DNA from: Pristiophorus japonicus
Lineage: Eukaryota
Reading direction: 5' to 3'
Length of the DNA: 64,000 nucleotides
Assembly (NCBI RefSeq): GCF_044704955.1
Contig: NW_027252668.1
Coordinates: forward strand, 3,162,001 to 3,226,000
Made by a program: the position numbers and the translations under genes
Notes under the pieces: model-generated
The model's database searches: none
What the model was told of the DNA's origin: nothing
The model's input: only the letters and a program-made list of their open reading frames with translations
In this document: piece by piece, positions 38,276 through 50,652 of the stretch
Layout of the letters: each line of letters begins with the position of its first letter
Numbering within the stretch: position 1 is the first letter of the stretch

Positions 38276-38348
38276 GCGATGGTGGTAGAGTGGTGAGCAC
38301 AATTGCCTTCCAAGCTAGTTGATCTGGGTTCAATTCACGGCCGTACGA
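38276..38348 (+). pseudogene. tRNA-Gly(TCC) pseudogene, paralog of 33612-33684
   Basis: Shares the CAAGCTAG insertion and flanks. Confidence 0.8.
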
Positions 38349-39512
38349 TCCAGTCAAAATTTTAATCCACTTTCTGTGGAGTGAGTGAGTGAGTGAGTGA
38401 GTGAGCGAGCGAGCGAACGAACGAACGTTTCAGTTCGATGATGAAGGCCCATCCACCTGAAACAGAAACTCCGTTCCTCTCTCCACTGATGCTGCCTGAC
38501 CCACTGAGATTTCCAGCAATATCTTTATGATATACCAGTACTCATTTTCCTTTCTAACTGTCAATCATTGATATGGAATTGAGGGGACTACTTTGTATCT
38601 ACCATTTTCAGCTTTGTGATTGTGGGTTTTTAGTCTGTTTCTCTCAGTCTCTGGTACAGAGCGAGAGTGTCGCTCTGTATCTATCGGTCCCTGGTATGTG
38701 CGTGTGGGCTTTACTCATATCTCGCAGTGTCTGTTATGGGAGTCTGGATTTTATTCTGTACTTATCAGCTGCTGATTTATTATTGTGGGTCTTATGCTAT
38801 CACTGCCACTTTTGACCTAATTCCGAGATGGTTTTCCTTTGAATCTGTCAGTCTCCGGTATGGGAGTATGTATCTATCGGTGTGCTGGTCAGTGTCTGGT
38901 ATGGAAGAGAGGTTATTACCCTGTGCATGTCAATTACTGGTAAGTGAGGTTGGTAGTTACTCTGTATCTGTCAGTATCTTATGAGATTGTGGGATTTACT
39001 CTGTACCTGTCAGTTTTTGGTAGGAGTGTGGGTTTTATTCTGCATCTATTGATTTCAAGTAAGGGAGTTAGTAATTTACACTGTCATTCGCTGGTTTTAT
39101 TTTACCAGGCAGTTTCTGGTATGCGAGAGTTGTTTTTATTTTGAATCTGTCAGTGTCTAGTATGGGAGTATGTATCTATCTCTGTGCCGACAATCTCTGG
39201 TATGGGAGTATGTATCCAACTCTGCGCCCGTCAGTGCTTGGTATGGGAGTATTAGTCTAACTCTGTCCCTGTCAGTCTCTGGTATGGGAGTATGTATCTA
39301 TCTGTGCCAGTTTATCTGGTAAGGATGTTTCCAACTGTGTGCCTGTCAATCTCTGGTATGGGACTACATATCTATCTCTGCGCAGTCAGTTTCTGGTATG
39401 AGAATATGTATCTATCTGTGTGCCTGTCCGTCTCTGGTATGGGAGTATGTATCTATCTGTGGTGTCACTTTCTGGCATGGGAGTATGTATCTATCTGTGT
39501 GCCTGTCAATAT

Positions 39513-41275
39513 GTACATAAAAACAAAGAAAATAGGTGAAGGAGTAGGCCATTTGGCACTAAGAGCCTGCACTGCCATTCAATAAGATCATGGCTGATCA
39601 TTCCCTCAGTACCCCTTTCCTGCTTTCTCTCCATACCCCTTGATCCCTTTAGCTGTAAGGGCCATATCTAACTCCCTCTTGAATATATTCAATGAACTGG
39701 CATCAACAACTCTCTGCGGCAGGGAATTCCACAGGTTAACAACTCAGTGAAGAAGTTTCTCCTCATCTCAGTCCTAAATGGCCTAACCCTTATCATAAGA
39801 TTGTGTCCCCTGGTTCTGGACTTCCCCAACATCGAGAACATTCTTCCCGCACCTAACCTGTCCAGTCCCGTCAGAATCTTATACGTTTCTATGAGATCCC
39901 CTCTCATCCTTCTAAACTGCAGTGAATAAAGGACCAGTTAATGCAGTCCCTCCTCATAGGTCAGTCCAGCCATCCCTGGAATCAGTCTGGTGAACATTCG
40001 CTGCACTCCCTCAATAGCAAGAATGTCCTTCCTCAGATTAGGAGACCAAAACTAAACACAATATTCCAGGTGAGGCCTCACCAAGGCCCTGTACAACTGC
40101 AGTAAGACCTCCCTGCTCCTATACGCAAATCCCCTAGCTATGAAGGCCAACATGCCATTTGCCTTCTTCACCGACTTCTGTAACTGCATGCCAACTTTCA
40201 ATGACTGATGAACCATGACACCCAGGTCTCGTTGCACCTCCTCTTTTCCTAATCTGCCGCCATTCAGATAATATTCTGCCTTTGTGCTTTTGCCCCCAAA
40301 ATGGATAACCTCACATTTATCCACATTATACTGCATCTGCCATGCATTTGCCCATTCACCTAACCTGTCCAAGTCACAGCTCACACCACCACCCAGTTTA
40401 GTGTAATCTGCAAACTTGGAGATATTACACTCAATTCCTTCATCTAAATTGTTAATGTATATTGTAAAGAGCTGGGGTCCCAGCACTGAGCCCTGCGGCA
40501 CTCCATTAGTCACCGCCTGCCATTCTGAAAAGGACCAGTTTATCCCGACTCTCTGCTTCCTATCTACCAACCAGTTCTCTATCCACGTCAATACATTACC
40601 CTCAATACCATGTGCTTTGATTTTGCACATTAATCTCTTGTGCGGCACCTTGTCAAAAGCCTTTTGAAAGTCCAAATACACCACATCCACTGGTTCTCCC
40701 TTGTCCACTATACTCGTTACATCCTCAAAAAAGTCTTGAAGATTCGTCAAGCATGATTTCCCTTTCATAAATCCATGATGACTTGGCCTGATCCTGTCAC
40801 TGCTTTCCAAATGCGCTGCTATTTCATCCTTAATGATTGATTCCAACATTTTCCCCACCACCGACGTCAGGATAACCAGTCTATAATTCCCTGTTTTCTC
40901 TTTCCCTCCTTTTTTAAAAAGTGGTGTTACATTAGCTACCCTCCAGTCTATAGGAACTGATCCAGAGTCAATAGAATGTTGGAAAATGATCACCATGCAT
41001 CCACTATTTCTAGGGCCACTTCCTTAAGTACTCTGGGATGCAGATGATCAGGCCCCGGGGATTTATTGCCCTTCAATCCCATCAATTTCCCTAACACAAT
41101 TTCCCGCCCAATAAGGATATCCTTCAGTTCCTCCTTCTCGCTAGCCGCACTATCCCCTAGTACATTCGGAAGGTTATTTGTGTCTTCCTTCGTGAAGACA
41201 GAACCGAAGTATTTGTTCAATTGATCTGCCATTTCTTTGTTCCTCATTATAAATTCACCTGAATCCGACTGCAAG
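39513..41275 (-). mobile_element. CR1 LINE, 5'-truncated
   Basis: 314-aa RT ORF 40052-40996 plus flanking frames. Confidence 0.93.
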
Positions 41276-41680
41276 TAACTTTCTCTGTGCCTGTCAGTTG
41301 CTGGTATGGGAGTATGTAGCAATCTGTGTGCCTGACAGTGTCGGGTATGGGAGTTTGTATCTAACTCTGTGCCCGTCAGTCTCAGGTATGGGAGTATGCG
41401 TCTATCACTGTATCTGTCAGTCTCTGATATGGGAGTGCGTAACTATCTCTGCGCTGTCAGTCTCTGGTATGGGAGTATGTATCTGTCTCTGTGCCTACAA
41501 TCTCTGGTATGGGAGTACGTATCTGTCTCTGTGCCTACATGATCTGGTACGGGAGTACGTATCTGTCTCTGTGCCTGTCAGTGTCAAATGTGGGAGTATG
41601 TATCTATCTCTATGCTTGTCAGTGTCTGGTATGGGAGTATGTATCTATCGGTGTGCTGTCAGTCTCTGGTTTGGGAGTGT

Positions 41681-42003
41681 CGCCCCAGAAGAGGCGAGGG
41701 CCCAGAGGCAGCACGGGCCAGCCCACACTGCGATATGTGTGCGCACGATGTCCTTGCAGCAGAGGCAGTTTCCAGTCGCCTTGGTTAATCCTTGCCACTA
41801 GACCAAGACCTAGCTCTGTCAAGTCCGTGTGGTGGCTGGTGTGTAACGACCACCACACGATAAAAAAATCCACGCACAGGCATCTTCCACCCTTCAAGAT
41901 TTAGTTCAGGACCTGGAATATTCGGTCCTTCATTCAAACACCTGTGAACTTTATGGTGTGGAAGCAAGTCATCCTCGACTTGAGGGACTGCCTATGATGA
42001 TGA
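41681..42003 (+). mobile_element. Short non-coding retroelement with RTE-like tail, copy 1
   Basis: Ends catcctcgacttgagggactgcct(atg)n; TGGGAGT(G/A)T on both sides; no ORF. Confidence 0.65.
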
Positions 42004-42091
42004 TGGGAGTATGTATCTATCTCTGTGCCTGTCAGTCTCTGGTATCGGAGTATGTATCTATCTCTGTGCCTGGCAGTCTCTGATATGGGAC

Positions 42092-43660
42092 TATAGAAAC
42101 ATAGAAAATAGGTGCAGGAGTCGGCCTTTCGGCCCGTCGAGCCTACACCACCATTCAATAAGATCATGGCTGATCCTTCACCTCAGTACCCCTTTCCTGC
42201 TTTCTCTCCATACCCCTTGATTCCTTTAGTCGTAAGGGCCATATCTAACTCTCTCTTGAATATATCCAATGAACTGGCATCAACAACTCTTTGCGGTAGG
42301 GAATTCCACAGGTCAACAACTCTCTGAGTGAAGAAGTTTCTCCTCATCTCAGTCCTAAATGGCCTACCCCTTACCCTAAGACTATGTCCTCTGGTTCTGG
42401 ACTTCCCCAGTCTCTGGTCTGGGAGTATGTATCTATCTGTGTGCCTGTCAGTCTCTGGTATGGGAGTAAGTATCTATCTATGCCTGTCAGTGTCTGGTAT
42501 GGGAGTATGCATCTATCTCTGTGCCTGTCAATCTCTGGTATGGGACATCCCCAACATCGGAAACATTCCTTCTGCATTTAACCTGTCCAGTCCCGTCCCG
42601 TCCCGTCAGAATTTTATATGTTTCCATGAGATCCCCTCTCATCCTTCGAAACTCCAGTGAATACAGGCCCAGTCGATCCAGTCTCTCATAAGAACATAAG
42701 AATTAGGAACAGGAGTAGGCCATCTAGCCCCTGAAGCCTGCTCCGCCATTCAACAAGATTATGGCTCCTCATGTCAGTCCAGCCATCCTGGGAATCAGTC
42801 TGGTGAACCTTCGCTGCACTCCCTCAATAGCAAGAACGTCCTTCTTCAGATTAGACCACCAAAACTGCACACAATATTCCAGGTGAGGCCTCACCAAGGC
42901 CCTGTACAACTGCAGTAAGACCTCCCTGTTCCTATACTCAAAACCTCTAGCTACGAAGGCCAACACACCATTTGCCTTCTTCACCACCTGCTGTACCTGC
43001 ATGCCAACTTTCAATGGCTGATGTACCATGACACCCAGCTCTCGTTGCACCTCTCCTTTTCCTAATCTGCCGCCATTCAGATAATATTCTGCCTTCGTGT
43101 TTTTGCCCCCAAAGTGGATTACGTCACATTTATCCACATTGTACTGCATCGGTCATGCATTTGCCCACTCACCTAACCTGTCCAAGTCACCCTGCAGCCT
43201 CTTAGCGTTATCCTCACAGCTCAAACCACCACCCAATTTAGTGTCATCTGCAAACTTGAAAATATTACACTCAATTCCGTCATCTCAATCATTAATGTTA
43301 ATAGCTGGGGTCCCAGCACTGAGCCCTCCGGCACCCCACTAGTCACTGCCTGTCATCTGAAAAGGACCCGTTTATCCCGACTCTCTGCTTCCTGTCTGCC
43401 AACCAGTTCTCTATCCATGTCAGTACATTACCCCCAATACCACGTGCTTTAATTTTGTACACCAATCTCTTGTGTTGGACCTTGTCAAAAGCCTTTTGAA
43501 AGTCCAAATACACCACATCCACTGGTTCTCCCATCTCCACTCTACTCGTTACATCCTCAAAAAATTATAGACGATTTGTCAAGCATGATTTCCCTTTCAT
43601 AAATCCTTGCTGACTTGGACCGATTCTGTCACTGCTTTCCAAATGTGCTGCTATTTCATC
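42092..43660 (-). mobile_element. CR1 with internal satellite block (42410-42542) and nested tail (~42686-42765)
   Basis: ORFs 42769-43149 and 43343-43540; tail at 42092. Confidence 0.9.
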
Positions 43661-44852
43661 TTTATCTATGTATCTATCTGTGTGCTGTCAGTGTCCGGTA
43701 TGGGTGTATGTATCTATCTCTATGCCTGTCAATCTCTGGTATGGGAGTATGTATCTTTCACTGTGCCTACAATCTCTGGTCTGGGAGTATGCACCTATCT
43801 CTGCGCCTGTCAGTATGTATCTCTCTGTCCCTGCCAGTGCCTGGTAAGGGATTAAGTATCTATCTGTGTGCCCATCAGTGTCTGGTATAGGAGTATGTAT
43901 CTATCTGTGTCTTTCATTCTCTGGTCTGGGCGTATGTATCTTTCTGTTTGCCAGTCAGTGTCGCGTATGGCAGTATGTATCTATCTCTATGCCTGTCAAT
44001 CTCTGGTATGGGAGTACGTATCTATCTTTGTGTCTTCCATTCACTGGTACGCGAGTGTGTATCTATCACTGTGCCTGTCAGTTTCTGGTACGAGAGCACG
44101 TATCTATCTCTGTGCCTGTCATTCCCTGGTCTGGGAGTATGTATCTAACTCTGTACATATCAGTCTCTGGTATGGGAGTATGTATCTTTCACTGTGCCTG
44201 TCAGTGTCTGGTGTGGGAGTATTTATCTATCTCTATGCCGGTCAGTCTCTGGTACGGGAGTGCGTATCTATCTCTGTGCCTGCTATTCTCTGGTATGGGA
44301 ATATGTATTTATCTGTGTGCCTGTCATTTTCTGGTAAGGGAGTATGTATCTATCTCTGCGCCTACAATCTCTGGTATGGGATTATGTATCTATCTGTGTG
44401 CAAGTCAGTCTCTGGTCTGGGAGTATGCATCTATCTCTGCGCCTGTCAGTATGTATCTCTCTGTCCCTGCCAGTGCCTGGTATGGGATTAAGTATCTATC
44501 TGTGTGCACATCAGTCTCCGGTATGGGAGTATGTATCTATCTCTGTCAGTGTCTGGTATGGGGGTATGTATCTATCTCTGTGCATGTCAGTCTCTGGTAT
44601 GGGGGAATGTATCTATCTGTGTCTTTCATTCTCTGGTCTGGGCATATGTACCTTTCTGTTTGCCAGTCAGTGTCGCGTATGGCAGTATGTATCTATCTCT
44701 ATGCCTGTCAATCTCTGGTATGGGAGTACGTATCTATCTTTGTGTCTTCCATTCACTGGTACGCGAGTGTGTATCTATCACTGTGCCTGTCAGTTTCTGG
44801 CACGCGAGTATGTATCTATCTGTGTGCAAGACAGTCTCTGGTATGGGAGTAT

Positions 44853-45163
44853 CGCCCCAGAAGACGCGAGGGCCCGGGGCAGCATGGGCCAGCCCACACT
44901 GCAATATGTGTGCGCAATATGTCTTTGCAGCAGAGCTGGTCTCCAGTCATCTTGCCACTGGACCAAGACCTAGCTCTGTCATGTCCGTGTGGTGGCTGGT
45001 GTGCAACGGTCACCAAACATTAAAAAAATCCACGCACAGCAATCTTTCACCTTTTAAGATTTAGTTCGGGACCTAGAATATTATGTCCTTCATTGAAACA
45101 CCTTTGAACTTTCTGGTGTGGAAGCAAATCATCCTCGACTCGAGGGACTACCTATGATGATGA
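44853..45163 (+). mobile_element. Short non-coding retroelement with RTE-like tail, copy 2
   Basis: Same 5' end cgccccagaag and (atg)n tail; ATGG(G/T)AGTAT on both sides. Confidence 0.65.
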
Positions 45164-45303
45164 TGGTAGTATGTATCTATCTCCATGCCTGTCAGTCTCT
45201 AGTATGGGAGTATATATCTATCTCTGAGCCTGTCATTCTCTGGTATGGGAATATGTATCTATCATTGCGCCTCTCACTCTCTGGTATGGGAGTAAGTATC
45301 TAT

Positions 45304-46487
45304 TTCAAAAGGCTTTTGACAAGGTCCCGCACAAGAGATTGGTGTACAAAATCAAAGCGTATGGTATTGGGGGTAATGTACTGACGTGGATAGAGAACTG
45401 GTTGGCAAACAGGAAGCAGAGAGTCGGGATAAACAGGTCCTTTTCAGAATGGCAGGCAGTTACTAGTGGGGTGCCGCAGGGCTCAGTGCTGGGACCCCAG
45501 CTCTTTACAATAAACATTAACGATTTGGATGAAGGAATTGAGTGTAATATCTCCAAGTTTGCGGATGACACTAAACTGGGTGGCGGTGTGAGCTGTGAGG
45601 AGGACGCTAAGAGGCTGAATGGTGACTTGGACAGATTAGGTGAGTGGGCAAATACAGGCCGATGCAGTATAATGTGGATAAATGTGAGGTTATCCATTTT
45701 GGGGGCAAAAACACAAAGGCAGAATATTATCTGAACGGCGGCAGACAAGAAAAATGGGCGGTGCAACGAGACCTGGATGTCATGGTACATCAATCACTGA
45801 AAGTGGGCATGCAGATACAGCAGGCGGTAAAGAAGGCAAATGGTATGTTGGCCTTCATAGCTAGGGAATTTGAATATAGGAGCAGGGAGGTCTTACTGCA
45901 ATTGTACAGGGCCTTAGTGAGGCCTCACCAGGAATATTGTGTTCACTTTTGGTCTCCTAGTCTGAGGAAGGACGTTCTTGCTGCTGAGGGAGTGCAGCAA
46001 AGGTTCACCAGACTGATTCCAGGGATGGCTGGGCTGTCATATGAGGAGAGACTGGATCAACTGGGCCTTTATTCACTGGCGTTTAGAAGGATGAGAGGGG
46101 ATCTCATGTAGAAAAACATAAGGTTCGGACGGGACTGGACAGGTTAGATGCGGGAAGAATGTTCTCGATGTTGGGGAAGTCCAGAACCAGGGGCCATATT
46201 CTTAGGATAAGGGGTAAGCCATTTAGGACTGATATGAGGAGAAACTTCTTCACTCAGAGAGTTGTTGACCTGTGGAATTCCCTGCCGCAGAGAGTTGTTG
46301 GTGCCAGTTCATTGGATATATTCAAAAGGGAGTTAGATATGGCTCTTAGGGTTAAGGGGATCCAGGGGTATGGAGAGAAAGCAGGAAAGGGGTACTGAAG
46401 GAATGATCAGCCATGATCTTATTGAATGGCGGTGTAGGCTCGAAGGGCCGAATGGCCTACTCCTCCACCTATTTTCTATGTTTCTAT
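45304..46487 (+). mobile_element. CR1 LINE, 5'-truncated
   Basis: ORFs 45339-45734, 45644-46111 and 46159-46398. Confidence 0.92.
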
Positions 46488-47068
46488 CTCTGTGCCTGTC
46501 ATTCTCTGGTCTGGGAGTATGTATCTATCTCTGTGCCAGTCAGTGTCGGGTGTGGGAGTATGTATCCATCTGTGTGCTGTCAGTCTCTGGCGTGGGAGTA
46601 TGTATCTATATCTGTGCCTGTCATTGTCTGGTATGAGTGAGTGTATCTATCTCTGTGCAGTCAGTCACTGGTATGGGAGTATGTATGTATCTGTGTGCCT
46701 GTCAGTATCTTGTACGGGAGTATGTAACTATCTCTCTGCCTGTCAATCTCTGGTATGGGAGTATGTATTTATCTCTGTGCCGGTTAGTGTCTTGTATAGG
46801 AGTATGTATCTATCTGTACTGTCCGTTTCCGGTATGGGAGTATGTATCTTTCTCTGTACGAGTCAGAGTTGGGTATGGGAGTATGTATCTATCTCTGTGC
46901 CTGCTATTCTCTAGTATGGGAATATGTATTTATCTGTGTGCCGGTCAGTCTATGGTCTGGGAGTATGTATCTATCACTGTGCCATTTAGTCTCTGATATG
47001 GGCCTGGTATCTAGCTCTGTGCTTGTCAGTGTCTGGTATGCAGGCATGTTATCTATCTCTGTGCCTAT

Positions 47069-49605
47069 CATAGAAATATAGAAAATAGGTGCAGGAGCAG
47101 GCCATTTAGCCCTTCTAGCCTGCAACGCCATTCAATGAGTTCATGGCTGAACATGAAACTTCAGTACCCCCTTCCTGCTTTCTCGCCATACCCCTTGATC
47201 CCCCGAGTAGTAAGGACTTCATCTAACTCCCTTTTGAATATATTTAGTGTATTGGCCTCAACTACTTTCTGAGGTAGAGAATTCCACAGGTTCACCACTC
47301 TCTGGGTGAAGAAGTTTCTCCTCATCTCGGTCCTAAATGGCTTACCCCTTATCCTTAGACTGTGACCCCTGGTTCTGGACTTCCCCAACATTGGGAACAT
47401 TCCTCCTGCATCCAACCTGTCCAAACCCATCAATTTTAAAAGTTTCTATGAGGTCCCCTCTCACTCTTCTGAACTCCAGTGAATACAAGCCCAGTTGATC
47501 CAGTCTTTCTTGATAGCTCAGTCCCACCATCCCGGGAATCAGTCTGGTGAATCTTCGCTGCACTCCCTCAATAGCAAGAATGTCCTTCCTCAAGTTAGGA
47601 GACCAAAACTGTACACAATACTCCAGGTGTGGCCTCACCAAGGCCCTGTACAACTGTAGCAACACCTCCCTGCCCCTGTACTCAAATCCCCTCGCCATGA
47701 AGGCCAGCATGCCATTTGCTTTCTTAACCGCCTGCTGTACCTGCATGCCAACCTTCAGTGACTGATGTACCATGACAAACAGGTCTCGTTGCACCTCCCC
47801 TTTTCCTAATCTGTCACCATTCAGATAATAGTCTGTCTCTCTGTTTTTACAACCAAAGTGGATAACCTCACATTTATCCACATTATACTTCATCTGCCAC
47901 GCATTTGCCCACTCACCTAACCTATCCAAGTCACTCTGCAACCTCATAGCATCCTCCTCGCAGCTCACACTGCCACCCAACTTAGTGTCATCCGCAAATT
48001 TGGAGATACTACATTTAATCCCCTCGTCTAAATCATTAATGTACAATGTAAACAGCTGAGGCCCCAGCACAGAAGCCTGCGGTACCCCACTAGTCACTGC
48101 CTACCATTCTGAAAAGTACCCATTTACTCCTACTCTTATCTTCCTGTCTGACAACCAGTTCACAATCCACGTCATCACACTACCCCCAATCCCATGTGCT
48201 CTAACTTTGCACATTAATCTCCTGTGTGGGACCTTGTCGAAAGCCTTCTGAAAGTCCAAATATACCACATCAACTGGTTCTCCTTTGTCCACTTTACTGG
48301 AAACATCCTCAAAAAATTCCAGAAGATTTGTCAAGCATGATTTCCCTTTCACAAATCCATGCTGACTTGGAACTATCATGTCACCATTTTCCAAATGCGC
48401 TGCTATGACATCCTTAATAATTGATTCCATCATTTTACCCACTACTGAGGTCAGGCTGACTGGTCTATAATTCCCTGCTTTCTCTCTCCCTCCTTTTTTA
48501 AAAAGTGGGGTTACATTGGCTACCCTCCACTCGATAGGAACTGATCCAGAGTCAATGGAATGTTGGAAAATGACTGTCAATGCATCCGCTATTTCCAAGG
48601 CCACCTCCTTAAGTACTCTGGGATGCAGTCCATCAGGCCCTGGGGATTTATCGGCCTTCAATCCCATCAATTTCCCCAACACAATTTCCTGACTAATAAA
48701 GATTTCCCTCAGTTCCTCCTCCTTACTAGACCCTCTGACCCCTTTTATATCCGGAAGGTTGTTTGTGTCCTCCTTAGTGAATACTGAACCAAAGTACTTG
48801 TTCAATTGGTCTGCCATTTCTTTGTTCCCCGTTATGACTTCCCCTGATTCTGACTGCAGGGGACCTACGTTTGTCTTTACTAACCTTTTTCTCTTTACAT
48901 ACCTATAGAAACTTTTGCAATCCGTCTTAATGTTCTCTGCAAGCTTCTTCTCATACTCCATTTTCCCTGCTCTAATCAAACCCTTTGTCCTCCTCTGCTG
49001 AGTTCTAAATTTCTCCCAGTCCCCAGGTTCGCTGCTATTTCTGGCCAATTTGTATGCCACTTCCTTGGCTTTAATACTATCCCTGATTTCCCTAGATAAC
49101 CACGGTTGAGCCACCTTCCCTTTTTTATTTTTACGCCAGGCAGGAATGTACAATTGTTGTAATTCATCCATGTGGTCTCTAAATGTCTGCCATTGCCCAT
49201 CCACAGTCAACCCCTTAAGTATCATTCGCCAATCTATCTTAGCCAATTCACGCCTCATACCTTCAAAGTTACCCTTCTTTAAGTTCTGGACCATGGTCTC
49301 TGAATTAACTGTTTCATTCTCCATCGTAATGCAGAATTCCACCATATTATGGTCACTCTTCCCCAAGGGGCCTCGCACAATGAGATTGCTAATTAGTCCT
49401 CTCTCATTACACAACACCCAGTCTAAGATGGCCTCCCCCCAGTTGGTTCCTCGACATATTGGTCTAGAAAACCATCCCTTATGCACTCCAGGAAATCCTC
49501 CTCCACCGTATTGCTTCCAGTTTGGCTAGCCCAATCTATGTGCATATTAAAGTCACCCATTATAACTGCTGTACCTTTATTGCATGCACTCCTAATTTCC
49601 AAACT
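47069..49605 (-). mobile_element. Longest CR1 (~2.5 kb), from the endonuclease C-terminus through RT; stop at ~48101
   Basis: ORF 48101-49486 has ILDWVL...GKSDHNMV (APE endonuclease end) and the RT start; ORF 47342-48097 continues it. Confidence 0.95.
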
Positions 49606-50652
49606 CTGTTATGGGAGTATGTATCTATCTCTGTGCCAGTCAGTGTCGGGTATGGGAGTATGTATCTATCTCTGTGCCAGTCAGTGTTGGGTATGGGAGT
49701 ATGTATCTATCTCTGCACCTACAATCTCTGGTATGGAAGTACGTATTTATCTCTGCGCCTGCCATTCTCTGGTATGGGAGTAAGTATCTATCTGTGTGCC
49801 TGTCAGTCTCTGGTATCGGAGTATGTATCTAACTCTGTGCCAGTCAGTGTCGGGTGTGGGAGTATGTATCCATCTGTGTGCTGTCAGTCTCTGGTATGGG
49901 ACTATGTATCTGTGCCAGTCAGTGTCTGGTATGAGAATATGTATCTATCTCTGTGCCTGGTATGCAGGCATGTATCTATCACTGTGCCTGTCAGTCTTTG
50001 GTATGGGAGTATGTATCTATCTGTGTGCCTGTCAATCTCGGGTATGGGAGTTTGTATCTATCTCTGTGCCCGTTATTCTCTGGTATAGGAGTACGTGTAT
50101 ATCTCTGTGCTGTCAGTCTCTGGTGTGGGAGAATGTAACTATCTGTGTGTCCGGTGGTGTCCAGTATGGGACTATGTATCTATTCATGTGCCGATCAGTT
50201 TCTGGTAGGGAGTATGTATCTATCTCTGTGCCGGTCAGTCTCTGGTATGCGAGTCTGTATCAATCAGTGCTGTCATGTCTGCTATGGGGGGAATAATCTA
50301 TTCTCTGTGCCAGTCAGAGTCGTGAATGGGAGTATGTATCTGTCACTGTGCTGTCAATCTCTGGTATGGGAGTATGTATCTATCTGTGTGCTGGTCAGTA
50401 TGTAACTATCTCAGTGCCTGTCAGTCTCTGGTATGGGAGTATGTATCTATCTCTGTGCCTATCAGTCTGTGGTATGGAAGTATGTATCTATCTCTATGCT
50501 TGTCATGGTATGGGAGTATGTATCTATCTCTTTGCCTGTCAGTCTCTGGTATGGGAATAGGTATCTATTTCTGTGCCCATCAGTGTCTACTACTGGAGTG
50601 TATATCTATCTCTGTGCAAGTCTGTCTCTGGTATGGGAGTGTGTATCTGTCT

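Larger units (their letters stand above)
39140..50650. repeat. Long 41-bp satellite array interrupted by CR1 and RTE-derived insertions
   Basis: Unit seen at ~39140-39510, 41280-41680, 42004-42090, 42410-42542, 43660-44852, 45164-45303, 46488-47068 and 49606-50650; it explains the many VWEYVSI/GMGVCIY ORFs. Confidence 0.92.

Noticed and set aside
43866-45023. 385-aa and other Cys/Val/Tyr-rich ORFs across 34-50 kb
   Set aside because: Translations of the 41-bp satellite; the same motifs appear in all three frames.
47069-49605. Autonomous full-length CR1
   Set aside because: Lacks ORF1 and most of the endonuclease; has an internal stop and a frameshift.
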